Assembly: GCA_043803405.1 (NCBI GenBank)
Contig: JAZDKB010000006.1
Span: 80,354-144,353, forward strand
From: Spirochaetota bacterium
GTDB lineage: Bacteria > Spirochaetota > UBA4802 > JAFGDQ01
Reading direction: 5' to 3'
DNA: 64,000 nt
Shown piece after piece: positions 50,240-60,156 of the stretch. Numbering within the stretch: position 1 is the first letter of the stretch; each line of letters starts with the position of its first letter. A program made the translations under genes and the position numbers. The notes beneath the pieces were generated by a model, which saw only the letters and a program-made list of their open reading frames with translations, was not told where the DNA came from and ran no database searches.

Positions 50240-50831
50240 TTTTTCGGTTGTTGTTTCCGCTCCCTCAGGTGCAGGCAAAACAACAATTATTAACAAATTA
50301 TTATCTGAAGATCCCGGATATGAATTTGTTATTTCTACAACAACCAGACCTCCAAGAAAAGGGGAAAAAGACGGTATTAATTATTATTTTACTACAATTG
50401 AAGATTTTAGAAATAAAATTAAAACTAATAAATTTATCGAATGGTCACTTGTTCATCAAAACTATTATGGAATTGCAAAAAAAGAATTTGACAGAATAAT
50501 AGCACTCGGAAAGATTCCTTTATTTGATATTGATGTGCAAGGTGCCTTAAAATTAAAAAAAATACTGAAAGATGCTGTTTATATTTTTATAATCCCTCCA
50601 TCGATTGAAATACTTAAAACTAGGTTAATGAAAAGGAATACTGACAGCAAACAGCAAATAAATATCAGGATACAAAATGCGTTAAAAGAGTTGAAAAAAA
50701 TAAAACATTATGATTATATAATAGTTAATGAGAATATTAAAGATTCCGTTCTTGACTTTAAAGCGATATTAAGGGCAGAATTTTGTAAAAATAATAAAAA
50801 TTATATAAATGCTGAATATACACAAATATAA
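50220..50831 (+). CDS. gmk: Guanylate kinase
   Basis: [29 protein letters not shown]. Confidence 0.97.
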   Translation: MKILKNNFSVVVSAPSGAGKTTIINKLLSEDPGYEFVISTTTRPPRKGEKDGINYYFTTIEDFRNKIKTNKFIEWSLVHQNYYGIAKKEFDRIIALGKIPLFDIDVQGALKLKKILKDAVYIFIIPPSIEILKTRLMKRNTDSKQQINIRIQNALKELKKIKHYDYIIVNENIKDSVLDFKAILRAEFCKNNKNYINAEYTQI

Positions 50832-50848
50832 AATTAAGGAGATTTAAA

Positions 50849-51052
50849 GTGCAAGTTTCTCTGGATAAATTACTGTCTTTTAACGAAAATAAATATGTTT
50901 TTGCTAAAGCAGCTATGAAAGCGATAGAAAAAATTAATAACGTTAAAGAATATAAACAAGAAGAAAACGAAAAAATAGTCATCAAAGTATTAAACCTGGT
51001 GCTGGACTCGAAAATTAAATTTTATCGGATAAATCAAAAAGAAAACGAGTAA
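50849..51052 (+). CDS. rpoZ: Probable RNA polymerase omega subunit
   Basis: Position after gmk, size, SLDKLL..NKY motif; AAGGAG + GTG. Confidence 0.6.
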   Translation: MQVSLDKLLSFNENKYVFAKAAMKAIEKINNVKEYKQEENEKIVIKVLNLVLDSKIKFYRINQKENE

Positions 51053-51101
51053 CAGCCGGAATTAATGTTATTTTTGCTATATTAATAATTAGGAAAAAAC
51101 A

Positions 51102-52007
51102 ATTAAAGCGATTGTTTTACTTGGCCCAACAGGAGTCGGAAAGACTGACTTATCATATAAAATATACGATGAAAACATAGAAATTATTTCGGTTGATTCT
51201 GTACAGGTATACAGATATTTTGATATTGGAAGCAGCAAACCAGATTCCGAAATCAGAAAAAAAATAATACATCACCTCATCGATATAGTTGATCCGGACT
51301 ATAATTTTACCGCAGGTGACTTTTGCAGATATGCTAATATAGCGTGCAGCAATATTTATAAAAAAAAGAAATACCCGCTGTTTATAGGGGGAACTCCATT
51401 TTATATTGATTCCTTTTTTAACGGATTGTCGGAAATTCCGGAAATTGATGAAGCCGTTAAAATACAGTTAAAATCCGAGTTAATTGAATACGGCTTACAC
51501 TTTCTTTTCGAAGAGCTTAAAAAATGCGACGAAGTGTTTTCAAGAAGAATTCATTTAAACGACAAACAACGCATATTGAGAGGTCTTGAAGTATTCAGGG
51601 GAACAGGCAAACCTTTAAGCGGATATTTTATCAATAAAGTCGGACATGAATCGAAGGACACTTTATACATTGGACTTTTAATGGATCGTGAGATTTTAAA
51701 AAAGAGAATTGATCAAAGAGTCGATTGCATGATCCAGTCCGGATTAATTGATGAAGTGAATAGCCTTAGGAAGATGGGGTATAATTCTGATCTTAAATCA
51801 ATGCAATCGATTGGATATTTAGAGATAAATAAATATTTGGATAATGAGCTATCTCTTACAGATGCAGTTGATAAAATAAAATCCGAAACTCGGAAATATG
51901 CCAAAAGACAAATGACCTGGTTCAGACGAAACAAAAAGATTCAATGGATAGAGCCAGCCGATATTAAAAAAATTAAAGAAATAATTAATAAAATATTTTT
52001 TAATTAA
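51102..52007 (+). CDS. miaA: tRNA dimethylallyltransferase, apparent ATT start
   Basis: In frame from 51102: GPTGVGKT, ISVDSVQVY, DIGSSKP, HHLID, GGTPFY, YAKRQMTWF; in-frame TAG at 51090. Confidence 0.93.
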   Translation: MKAIVLLGPTGVGKTDLSYKIYDENIEIISVDSVQVYRYFDIGSSKPDSEIRKKIIHHLIDIVDPDYNFTAGDFCRYANIACSNIYKKKKYPLFIGGTPFYIDSFFNGLSEIPEIDEAVKIQLKSELIEYGLHFLFEELKKCDEVFSRRIHLNDKQRILRGLEVFRGTGKPLSGYFINKVGHESKDTLYIGLLMDREILKKRIDQRVDCMIQSGLIDEVNSLRKMGYNSDLKSMQSIGYLEINKYLDNELSLTDAVDKIKSETRKYAKRQMTWFRRNKKIQWIEPADIKKIKEIINKIFFN

Positions 52008-52124
52008 AATTATTAATTAAAAAATATGTGTCTGCTCAGCTATAAACTTTTATATATTGTATTAGCCCTTGCAATCAATAATTGAGCAGTTACAAAAAAA
52101 ATATATAAAAACAAGGGTATTAAG

Positions 52125-52367
52125 ATGTCAAAACAAAATAAAAATCTGCAGGATTCTTTTTTGAATATATCCAGAAAAGAAAAAATAAATTTAACTATTT
52201 ATTTAGTGAACGGTGTTCCTATTAAAGGGCGGGTTTTGAGTTTCGATAATTTTACAATACTGCTTGAAGTCGATAAAAAGCAAAATCTAATTTACAAACA
52301 TGCGGTATCGACAATATTACCTGCTAAACCAATACCTTATCAAAATATTGAAGAATGGGAAAAATGA
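52125..52367 (+). CDS. hfq: RNA chaperone Hfq
   Basis: [32 protein letters not shown]; follows miaA. Confidence 0.97.
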   Translation: MSKQNKNLQDSFLNISRKEKINLTIYLVNGVPIKGRVLSFDNFTILLEVDKKQNLIYKHAVSTILPAKPIPYQNIEEWEK

Positions 52368-52643
52368 TAGAATAATTATTAAAAAAGGCAGAAATTTGTA
52401 TTTTTTTAACCGTTATGATTAAAAAATTGTAAAAAAGAATTGCTTATATTATTAACTTAATTAGTCAATGAGCTAGTAATAATTATTATTATTTTTTATT
52501 GCAGATAAAAATAGCTTTTTAAAATATTATTTATTTGTAATTGAAATTTATATTAAAATAAAAAATTCAGTTATAAAAAATAATACTGAATTGCAAAAAC
52601 ATAAATCTTAAAAAAATAAATTTAATAAAAGGAGATATAAAAA

Positions 52644-52733
52644 GTGCCCTGCGGTAGAAAAAGAAGAAAAGCAAAGATTTCTAAACACAAGAGAGATAAA
52701 CGCAGAAGAAGAAATCGTCATAAAAAAAAGTAA
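52644..52733 (+). CDS. 30S ribosomal protein bS22-like (29 aa; absent from the ORF track)
   Basis: AAGGAG + GTG; MPCGRKRRKAKISKHKRDKRRRRNRHKKK. Confidence 0.85.
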   Translation: MPCGRKRRKAKISKHKRDKRRRRNRHKKK

Positions 52734-52809
52734 AGTATTATATTAAATGAGTCTTATTATAATCATTTCTCAAAAACGATCTAAAAAGTAAAAATAATAA
52801 GATTGAAAA

Positions 52810-53529
52810 ATGATGAGAAGAACAGATTCAAGTAATAACTCGAAAGCTAAAGATTATTTCTGGAAAAGGAGACCTTCTGAATTAAGAGGTTATAATAGAA
52901 CTTTATATATAACTACGGACGATAATGATTATTTAAGAGTCGATTTCAATCTAAAGGAAAAAAGAATTCGTATATACCTTGAGGATAACGACGAAGGGGG
53001 TAATCCGTATTATTCAGTTATTACAAATGGGAAAATAACTGTAGAAAGAAACGCTACAACCGGACGAGCAGCTGAATTATACGAAAAATTTAATAAAAGG
53101 GCTGATGTATTCAGTACTATTCCTAATCCTGATATTATACATTTAATTAATAATAATTATGGTATAGGTCTTAAGGGAAAGAATAAGGCAGTCCATAAGC
53201 CTGAATATAAAACAAAACAATCTACTCAAAACGATAATAATATCCCCGATTTTGTTACCGGAAAAGATAGAGATTTCAAATCAAAGAAGAAAAGGAAAAA
53301 ATTTTATCTTACTGATATTATTGATGTTGTGATAGGTTCAATTCTTTGCCTTGCCATTTATATTTATAATCATAGTTTTGTGACTTTAGGAGTGCTTGCT
53401 GCTTTTATTGGTATTTTTATTGGACTTTTAGACGTTTACTATAGAGAAAAACGTCTTAATATAATAAAAATGCTTTTATTTTTATTAGCAGGTGTGATAT
53501 TCTATATATATGGGTATTATATATTATAA
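52810..53529 (+). CDS. Hypothetical protein with three C-terminal TM helices
   Basis: 239-aa ORF with a soluble N-domain and hydrophobic C-terminus. Confidence 0.7.
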   Translation: MMRRTDSSNNSKAKDYFWKRRPSELRGYNRTLYITTDDNDYLRVDFNLKEKRIRIYLEDNDEGGNPYYSVITNGKITVERNATTGRAAELYEKFNKRADVFSTIPNPDIIHLINNNYGIGLKGKNKAVHKPEYKTKQSTQNDNNIPDFVTGKDRDFKSKKKRKKFYLTDIIDVVIGSILCLAIYIYNHSFVTLGVLAAFIGIFIGLLDVYYREKRLNIIKMLLFLLAGVIFYIYGYYIL

Positions 53530-53630
53530 GGTAACTTCTGCTATAACTTTTATTGTTAGGTTATGTTTAATAAAAAAAATCTTAATAAGTAAGAAGCAAA
53601 AGTCATATACGGAGTTATAAGGTCACTATA

Positions 53631-54119
53631 ATGAGGAATAAAGAGATAAAAGAAAAATCGGTCTCGTCAATACAGATTGTTTGCTTCAAGATAGGGAAAG
53701 AGGAATATGGTATTGATATTCTTAAAGTACAGGAAATATTAAATCTTCCCAAGATCACATTGCTTCCTAAAGCTGCGGATTTTATTCTTGGCGTAATAGA
53801 TCTTAGAGGTAAAATTTTACCTATTATTGATTTAAGCAAAAGATTTGGAATTACCTCCCTTAATGTTTCAAAAATAACCCGCGCTATTATTGTTAAAATA
53901 AAAGAGAAGGAAGTGGGTCTAGCGATCGACTCGGTTAGTCATGTAGTTAGAGTTGAGTCGGATGAAATTGAACTTCCACCTGCTATTGTTAAAGGAATTT
54001 CCGGAAGATATATTGTCGGTATTGCAAAGGTGAATGATGAGTTTGTGGTAATACTGGATATTGATCAGATTTTCTTAGCTAATGAACTGAATGCTCTGGA
54101 AGTATCGAGGAAAAAATAA
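53631..54119 (+). CDS. cheW: Chemotaxis coupling protein CheW
   Basis: FKIGKEEYGIDILKVQEI, GVIDLRGKILPIIDL, GLAIDSV. Confidence 0.96.
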   Translation: MRNKEIKEKSVSSIQIVCFKIGKEEYGIDILKVQEILNLPKITLLPKAADFILGVIDLRGKILPIIDLSKRFGITSLNVSKITRAIIVKIKEKEVGLAIDSVSHVVRVESDEIELPPAIVKGISGRYIVGIAKVNDEFVVILDIDQIFLANELNALEVSRKK

Positions 54120-54125
54120 ATTGCC

Positions 54126-55307
54126 CTACCTTGATTCCGGGATTCTTTTTATTTTTAATTTAAAATTAGAAATTGCTTCGGACATAACTTCTTTTAATGG
54201 AATATTCTGTTTTTGAGATATTTTATTACAATCTTCAAATTCTGGTTGAATATTAACAATATTATTATTTAAATATCCGATTTTAATCCTTACCTCCATT
54301 TTAAAAACCTGTACTTTTTCATATTCCCTTTTAATTTTCTCCTGGTTTACATTAAAAGTTCTAAGACCAAGAGTTGTTGTATGCTTATAAATAATATCAG
54401 AAAGATCGTGTATTTTTTCAATGTTTGCAATTACGGTTAACAGAGTTCCAGGGCGCCCTTTTTTCATTAAAACAGGGCTCGTATAAGCATCCAATGCTCC
54501 ATTATTGAACAGCAACTCTATAATATTCGGATAAATTTGCGGATTCATATCATCAATGTTGCACTCGATTTGCCGAATTTCTTCTTTCGGTTCATTATCT
54601 TCAATCAGAAAAGCTCTTGTGTAGCTTTCAAACGAATGCTCTCTGGTCCCAAATCCGGTTCCATTTTTAAGAATTGTAAAGCTACCGGATGTATTTTGAC
54701 TTCCGAGTGTTGTTAGAATAGCAGCTGCAGTGGGCGTAACCAGTTCTCCTGTTTTATTTGTGAATCTCGATTTTTGATTTTTTAATAGGTTCGCAACTGC
54801 AGGAACCGGTACTGGCAGTTCGCCATGAGCAGTATTTACTGTTCCTGTCCCAAGCGGGAATTCATTATAAAATATTTTTTCTACTTCCATTAGAGCAATC
54901 ATTATGCAAAATGCTGAAATATCAATTATTGAATCAACTGCTCCGACTTCATGAAAATGAATTTCTTCAATTTTTTTACCATGAACTTTTGCTTCAGCGT
55001 CGGCAAGATTTTCAAATATCTTAAAGATATTATTAATGATATTCGAAGAGAGTCCGCTTCTGTTAATAAGTGTTTTTATTTCTTCCAGATTCCTGTGAGA
55101 TGAAGCATCTTTGTATGAAACATTGGCTAATGTACCGGAAATATGATGTTTAACAATTTTTTTAGGAGAAATATCCCAATCGGGAAGTTTCAGCATTGAA
55201 AGCATTTCCATCATTTCATTATATAAGGCTGTAAAGTCAAGTATGGATCCCAACAGCATATCGCCCGATGCGCCGAGTTGAATGTCAAAGTATAAGCTTT
55301 TACTCAT
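54126..55307 (-). CDS. larC: Nickel pincer cofactor biosynthesis protein LarC
   Basis: GASGDMLLG, HFHEVGAVDSIIDI, AHGELPVPVPA, ELVTPT, ECNIDDM, MKKGRPG, PEFED. Confidence 0.95.
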   Translation of the reverse strand: MSKSLYFDIQLGASGDMLLGSILDFTALYNEMMEMLSMLKLPDWDISPKKIVKHHISGTLANVSYKDASSHRNLEEIKTLINRSGLSSNIINNIFKIFENLADAEAKVHGKKIEEIHFHEVGAVDSIIDISAFCIMIALMEVEKIFYNEFPLGTGTVNTAHGELPVPVPAVANLLKNQKSRFTNKTGELVTPTAAAILTTLGSQNTSGSFTILKNGTGFGTREHSFESYTRAFLIEDNEPKEEIRQIECNIDDMNPQIYPNIIELLFNNGALDAYTSPVLMKKGRPGTLLTVIANIEKIHDLSDIIYKHTTTLGLRTFNVNQEKIKREYEKVQVFKMEVRIKIGYLNNNIVNIQPEFEDCNKISQKQNIPLKEVMSEAISNFKLKIKRIPESR

Positions 55308-55320
55308 GATATTATTATAC

Positions 55321-56091
55321 TCATTGAACGTTTTTAATGTTGTTAATAGTATTCAGGATTTTAAAGGCTAGAGCAGCCGCACCGAACCCGTTGTCAATAT
55401 TCATTACCGCCACTCCAGGAACGCAGGAATTAAGCATCCCAAGCAGTGGAGTCAGCCCGTTAAAGGATGCGCCGTAGCCTATGGAAGTCGGAACCGCTAT
55501 TACAGGGGCCTGTACGAAACCGGCAACGACGGAAGCAAGTGCTCCTTCCATTCCTGCGAGCACAATTATTACTGCAGCTGATATCAGCTCGTTTCTGTGG
55601 TCCATTACTCTGTGAATGCCTGCTATTCCAATATCGCTTATCATCTTTATATCAAGACCGAGCATTTCACCCGTAATAATCGTTTCTGTTCCTATGGATA
55701 TGTCGGAAGTACCGGCAGTAACAACTAACACTTTACCGGGTAATTTTTGTATCTCATTGTTTCTATATATAATTGTTCCTGCTGTTTTATTATATTGAGC
55801 CATGGGAAGAATTTTTTTTACAGCTTTATATATAGTTTCAGAGGCTCTTGTAGCAATAAGATTTGATCCATGTTTAACGAGTTTCCTGGAAATAATTGCT
55901 ACCTGTTCAGGTGTTTTATTCTGGCAAAAAATTACTTCAGGGAATCCGCATCTTAATTCTCTATGATGATCAATTTTTGCAAATGAAATGTCTTCATAAG
56001 GCAGGTTTTCAATGTAATTTAAAATATCTGTTTCGGATATTTTATTTGTTTTAAATTGATGTAAAATTTTTTTAATTTCGGATTTTTGCAT
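55321..56091 (-). CDS. larB: Nickel pincer cofactor biosynthesis protein LarB
   Basis: GFPEVIF..KT, TAGTSD, AGMEGALASV, VPTSIGYG, NIDNGFGAA. Confidence 0.96.
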   Translation of the reverse strand: MQKSEIKKILHQFKTNKISETDILNYIENLPYEDISFAKIDHHRELRCGFPEVIFCQNKTPEQVAIISRKLVKHGSNLIATRASETIYKAVKKILPMAQYNKTAGTIIYRNNEIQKLPGKVLVVTAGTSDISIGTETIITGEMLGLDIKMISDIGIAGIHRVMDHRNELISAAVIIVLAGMEGALASVVAGFVQAPVIAVPTSIGYGASFNGLTPLLGMLNSCVPGVAVMNIDNGFGAAALAFKILNTINNIKNVQ

Positions 56092-56094
56092 ATA

Positions 56095-57255
56095 CTAATA
56101 AGCTGCAATTAATATGGTTTCTATCTCATCTTTGGTCAATAGTCTAGGGGCATTTGCCAAAAAAGGGTAGGAAATTGCAATTTCTGCTACTTTTGCAAAT
56201 TCGCTCTTTTGAATATCAAACTGGAAAAGTCTTTGCGGAATATCAACATCCATCTCTAATTTTCTTACTCCTTCGACTGCTCTGATTGCCGCTTCAATTA
56301 CTGTAATATCCCTTATCTCTTCATCCATGACTTTTGACATTTGGACGTATTTTCCTGAGGATGAGGTTAAATTATATTCCATTACATGCGGCAGCATCAG
56401 GCTTATGCCTTTTTCAACAGAAATTTTAAATTTGGATGATAACGCCAGTGATATCGCCAGAGAAAGAGATAATTCTGTTGTGGCAAATGCAATTCCGGAC
56501 ATTATTGAAGCAATGGATAATCTGGTTCTATGGGTAATGTTTTTTGGTTCTCTGTATGCGAGAGGAAGAGTTCTAAAGATGATATCAATAGATTTTAACG
56601 CATATGTATTAACAAAGTCATTAGTTTTTTTGGAAACGACAGACTCGGTAGCAATAGCCAAAATACTTATTGTGCTATCCGCGACTGCTTCCTCTGTTGA
56701 TGCAACTGAAATTTTAGGATCAATAATAATTGCTTTCGGAAATATTTCTTTATTGCTGTAAATTTTTTTTGTCATTTCTTTTATTTCTGTGATATAAAAC
56801 ACAGGTAAAAGCTCAAAACCGAAAATCGGGAGCGAGGGTATGCTGATAAATGGTATTGATGCTTTTACATCAGGATTAGCGAACAGATCATTGCAGAAAA
56901 GGTGATTATTTATCAGTAAGGCAACCGCTTTACCGGCATTGATTGAATCAATGCCTCCAAATCCTATTATAACATCACATCTGGTCATTTTTGCATAATA
57001 AACTGCAGAATCAATATATTCTGTATCCGGATTATCCGGAATTTCATCATATATTATCGATCCAATATTGTATTCATTAAGACTTTTTGTCATTATATCG
57101 ATAGTAGAATAATATTTGGAGAAATCGCTTGAAGTTGTTATAATTAATACTTTTGTGCCGTATTTTCTGATTATTTTCCCGATTTCCGGGATGATTTCCT
57201 GCTTAATGTAAATTTCTGTGGGTATATTAAAATCCGGGGCGATGACATTAATCAA
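56095..57255 (-). CDS. Iron-containing alcohol dehydrogenase-fold protein (metal ligands missing)
   Basis: IYDEIPDNP, IIGFGG, IIDP, LPHVMEYN, NAPR; likely TTG start at 57255 after AAGGA. Confidence 0.8.
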   Translation of the reverse strand: MINVIAPDFNIPTEIYIKQEIIPEIGKIIRKYGTKVLIITTSSDFSKYYSTIDIMTKSLNEYNIGSIIYDEIPDNPDTEYIDSAVYYAKMTRCDVIIGFGGIDSINAGKAVALLINNHLFCNDLFANPDVKASIPFISIPSLPIFGFELLPVFYITEIKEMTKKIYSNKEIFPKAIIIDPKISVASTEEAVADSTISILAIATESVVSKKTNDFVNTYALKSIDIIFRTLPLAYREPKNITHRTRLSIASIMSGIAFATTELSLSLAISLALSSKFKISVEKGISLMLPHVMEYNLTSSSGKYVQMSKVMDEEIRDITVIEAAIRAVEGVRKLEMDVDIPQRLFQFDIQKSEFAKVAEIAISYPFLANAPRLLTKDEIETILIAAY

Positions 57256-57349
57256 AATATTTATCCTTACCGTATAGTAAAAAAAGCGGAGTTTGTTTAA
57301 TTCCGCTTTTTCTATAGTCAAGCCATTGAATTTATAAAATTATAAAATT

Positions 57350-57646
57350 TTATTTTCTGATTAAGTTAGTGGCGATTTTATCTGCAACCATTTCCAGGAC
57401 TTTATTGTCTGTGAATTTATCGTAAGTGCCGTTTTCTATTTGTTCTTTTATCGCGTTTACTTTATCTATACGTATATCGGGAACATCTTTTACAATCTGT
57501 ATGTATTCGGCAATTTTTGCGGCTTTTTTACCCTCGGAGGATATTTCAAGAGAATCTGTCTTTTTTTGTTCAGTATTTTTAGAAACCGATTTTGTTCTTT
57601 TTGTGTCTACAATATTATTTATATTTTCTATTTTATCGATTACCAT
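57350..57646 (-). CDS. flgM: Anti-sigma-28 factor FlgM
   Basis: DSLEISSEG, PDIRIDKVNAIKEQI, VADKI. Confidence 0.9.
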   Translation of the reverse strand: MVIDKIENINNIVDTKRTKSVSKNTEQKKTDSLEISSEGKKAAKIAEYIQIVKDVPDIRIDKVNAIKEQIENGTYDKFTDNKVLEMVADKIATNLIRK

Positions 57647-57674
57647 TGTTTTTTCCTTTATTAGTCTAGTATAT

Positions 57675-57701
57675 TATTCGGAAAAAAACGCAAATTCTTT
57701 A
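57675..57701 (-). promoter_or_regulatory. Sigma-28 promoter of flgM
   Basis: TAAA-N15-TCCGAATA on the minus strand. Confidence 0.7.
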
Positions 57702-57789
57702 ATTAAATATATACTAATCTACATTCAATTTTAGAAAAAATTATCTATATTACAAGCAAAAAAAATAAAAATATAGGATAATTACAAGA

Positions 57790-58473
57790 TTATTTAGTAT
57801 CTGTTAGAATTGCTATTGCGAACTCGCCGAGTTCTTTAATATCTTCTAAATTATTATGCACCGCTTCAATATTTCCGCTAATGAACTCTTCATAAATTTT
57901 TGTTATTTCCCTGCCGACGATTACCTGAGATTCGGGGAATATTTCGTAAATTATATTTAATAATTTTTTTACCCTGTATGGAGATTCAAATATTACTAAT
58001 ATTCCTTTAAAATCGCGGAATTCTTCAAGTTCTCTGCGCTTCCGGCTGTCTTTTTTGCTTAAAAACCCAAGAAATAATATGTTTTTACTGGGAAATCCGG
58101 AAACTGATAACAAGGCCGTTAATGCGGATGGCCCCGGAACAGGAATTATTTGTATTTTTTTTAAAAGCGCGGCCCTTACTAGCTTTGCCCCCGGATCCGA
58201 AATCCCGGGCGTTCCGGAATCGGTCATATATGCGACACATTTTCCCTGCTCCAGTTGTTTTATTGCAAAATCGATTTTCGAATCTGCAGAATGCGCATGG
58301 AGAGAAATAGTGGGAAGTTTAATGTTATAATAAGAGATTAGTTTTTTTGTATGTCTCGTATCTTCGCAGAATATTAATTCAATTCTTTCCCTTAAAGTGT
58401 TTAAAGCGCGAAGAGTAATATCTTCCAAATTTCCTATCGGCGTTGCAATAATATAAAGAGTCCCAGGTTCCAT
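57790..58473 (-). CDS. rsmI: 16S rRNA (cytidine1402-2'-O)-methyltransferase
   Basis: LYIIATPIGNLEDIT, CEDTRHT, GTPGISDPG, PGPSA, ESPYR, REITK. Confidence 0.97.
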   Translation of the reverse strand: MEPGTLYIIATPIGNLEDITLRALNTLRERIELIFCEDTRHTKKLISYYNIKLPTISLHAHSADSKIDFAIKQLEQGKCVAYMTDSGTPGISDPGAKLVRAALLKKIQIIPVPGPSALTALLSVSGFPSKNILFLGFLSKKDSRKRRELEEFRDFKGILVIFESPYRVKKLLNIIYEIFPESQVIVGREITKIYEEFISGNIEAVHNNLEDIKELGEFAIAILTDTK

Positions 58474-58533
58474 TTAGTTTTTTATATGCGTAAAATTAGA
58501 TTATTTCAAAAAGGTTTTATAATTGTTTTGCTA

Positions 58534-58562
58534 TTGACATAATATTTATTGAAAATTAAAAT
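58534..58562 (+). promoter_or_regulatory. Sigma-70 promoter of the CheY-like gene
   Basis: TTGACA-N17-TAAAAT. Confidence 0.6.
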
Positions 58563-58672
58563 ATAAACAATATAAATATTTAATTATTATGCAAGGAATA
58601 AAAGAGTTTTTTTACAACTATTATATTAGTTTTATAGATGGTCACGATTATGTTTTATTTTGGAGGTAATTT

Positions 58673-59110
58673 ATGAAGAGCAGGCATGATTTCCCAGACC
58701 TAAACACAAAAACCCCTGATGGGATAAAACCCGGCGGAAAGCCATATAAAGTATTAGTTGTTGATAATAAAGACTTTCAAAGGAAACAGCTTGTACAGGT
58801 ACTCGAGTCGGAAAGATATAAAGTGGTTGCGCAGGCAACAAATGGGCAGGAAGCATTGGATCTTTACGAAGAACATAAAAAAGATCTGGACCTTATAACT
58901 ACTACATTAGATATGCCGGTTCTTGATGGTTACGCTTTTTTATACGATCTTATGAAAAGAGATCCAAAGGTTAAAATAGCATTTATTAGCGAAGATACAA
59001 CAAAAGGAGTAATTGAAGATTTACTTAAAATGGGAGCTGCTGATTTTATATTGAAACCAATTGAGAGAGTTAGAATTTTAGATAGAATAAGGCTGGTGTT
59101 AAAAAAATAG
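58673..59110 (+). CDS. Spirochaete CheY-like single-domain receiver, atypical (no phospho-Asp)
   Basis: N-terminal extension DFPDLN..PDGIKPGGKPYKVLVVD; DLITTTLDMP; FILKP. Confidence 0.85.
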   Translation: MKSRHDFPDLNTKTPDGIKPGGKPYKVLVVDNKDFQRKQLVQVLESERYKVVAQATNGQEALDLYEEHKKDLDLITTTLDMPVLDGYAFLYDLMKRDPKVKIAFISEDTTKGVIEDLLKMGAADFILKPIERVRILDRIRLVLKK

Positions 59111-59155
59111 AAAGGGGTTCGGTAATAAAAGAGTAACCGCAGGACGCGATTGTAA

Positions 59156-59917
59156 TTAAACCATTCTCATTTCTATCCCTCTGTGTTTTAGCTCTGTTTT
59201 TAAGTCACGGATAGGGATTTCTCTGAAATGGAATATTGATGCCGCAAGTACGGCATCCGCTTTTCCTAAAGTGAGCCCATCATAAAGATGATCGATTGTA
59301 CCTGCTCCTCCGGAAGCAATAACCGGTATAGGGACTGCTTCCGATATTTTTCGTGTTAACTCGAGGTCATAGCCAATTTTAGTACCGTCTCTGTCCATGC
59401 TCGTTAGTAAAATCTCACCTGCACCAAGGTCGCTTGCTCTAACTGCCCATTCTATGGCATCGTTTTCAGTTCGGGTTCTGCCGCCATGCAAGTAAACATT
59501 CCAGCTCCCGGATTTATTGCTTTTGGCATCTATTGCTACAACAATGCATTGTGAGCCGAATTTTTTTGCCGATGATTCAATGATTGAAGGATTTTGCACA
59601 GCAGCCGTATTTATTGAGACTTTATCAGCTCCGTTTTCAAGGATTAACCTGACATCTTCTATGTTTCTTATCCCGCCGCCTACAGTAAATGGAATATTAA
59701 TGCTCTCAGCGACTCCCTTAACCATATTGAGTATTATATTTCTTTTGTCAGATGATGCAGTGATATCAAGAAAAACAAGCTCATCAGCGCCTTCCTCGTC
59801 ATAAAATCTGGCATTTTCAACAGGGTCCCCGGCGTCTCTGAAATTAATAAAATTTACGCCTTTAACAACACGTCCGTCTTTTACATCAAGACAGGGAATT
59901 ATCCTTTTTGCGAGCAT
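59156..59917 (-). CDS. hisF: Imidazole glycerol phosphate synthase subunit HisF
   Basis: [44 protein letters not shown]. Confidence 0.99.
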   Translation of the reverse strand: MLAKRIIPCLDVKDGRVVKGVNFINFRDAGDPVENARFYDEEGADELVFLDITASSDKRNIILNMVKGVAESINIPFTVGGGIRNIEDVRLILENGADKVSINTAAVQNPSIIESSAKKFGSQCIVVAIDAKSNKSGSWNVYLHGGRTRTENDAIEWAVRASDLGAGEILLTSMDRDGTKIGYDLELTRKISEAVPIPVIASGGAGTIDHLYDGLTLGKADAVLAASIFHFREIPIRDLKTELKHRGIEMRMV

Positions 59918-60072
59918 TCTGCAAATCCTAAATTTAAATTTAAAAAATTAATCAATATTAAAGTTATACGGGTATATATAGCAATATTTGACTTTGTTTA
60001 GGTTAAGTTATTATTAATCAAGCTTCTTTTAAAAATATATTTGAGATTTGTTTATTATAGTTATATTATTTA

Positions 60073-60100
60073 TAACGTATGTATTCAATATTTCCGATAA
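60073..60100 (+). promoter_or_regulatory. Possible sigma-28 promoter upstream of the hypothetical-fliM unit
   Basis: TAAC-N16-TCCGATAA. Confidence 0.4.
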
Positions 60101-60156
60101 TTATCCTAACATGTACTGATTTACTTAAAATGCCAGATAGCAGACTTTAAAGAATA

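Noticed and set aside
51426..52007. miaA as a truncated or frameshifted pseudogene
   Set aside because: The N-terminal motifs are in the same frame with no stop; an ATT start explains it.
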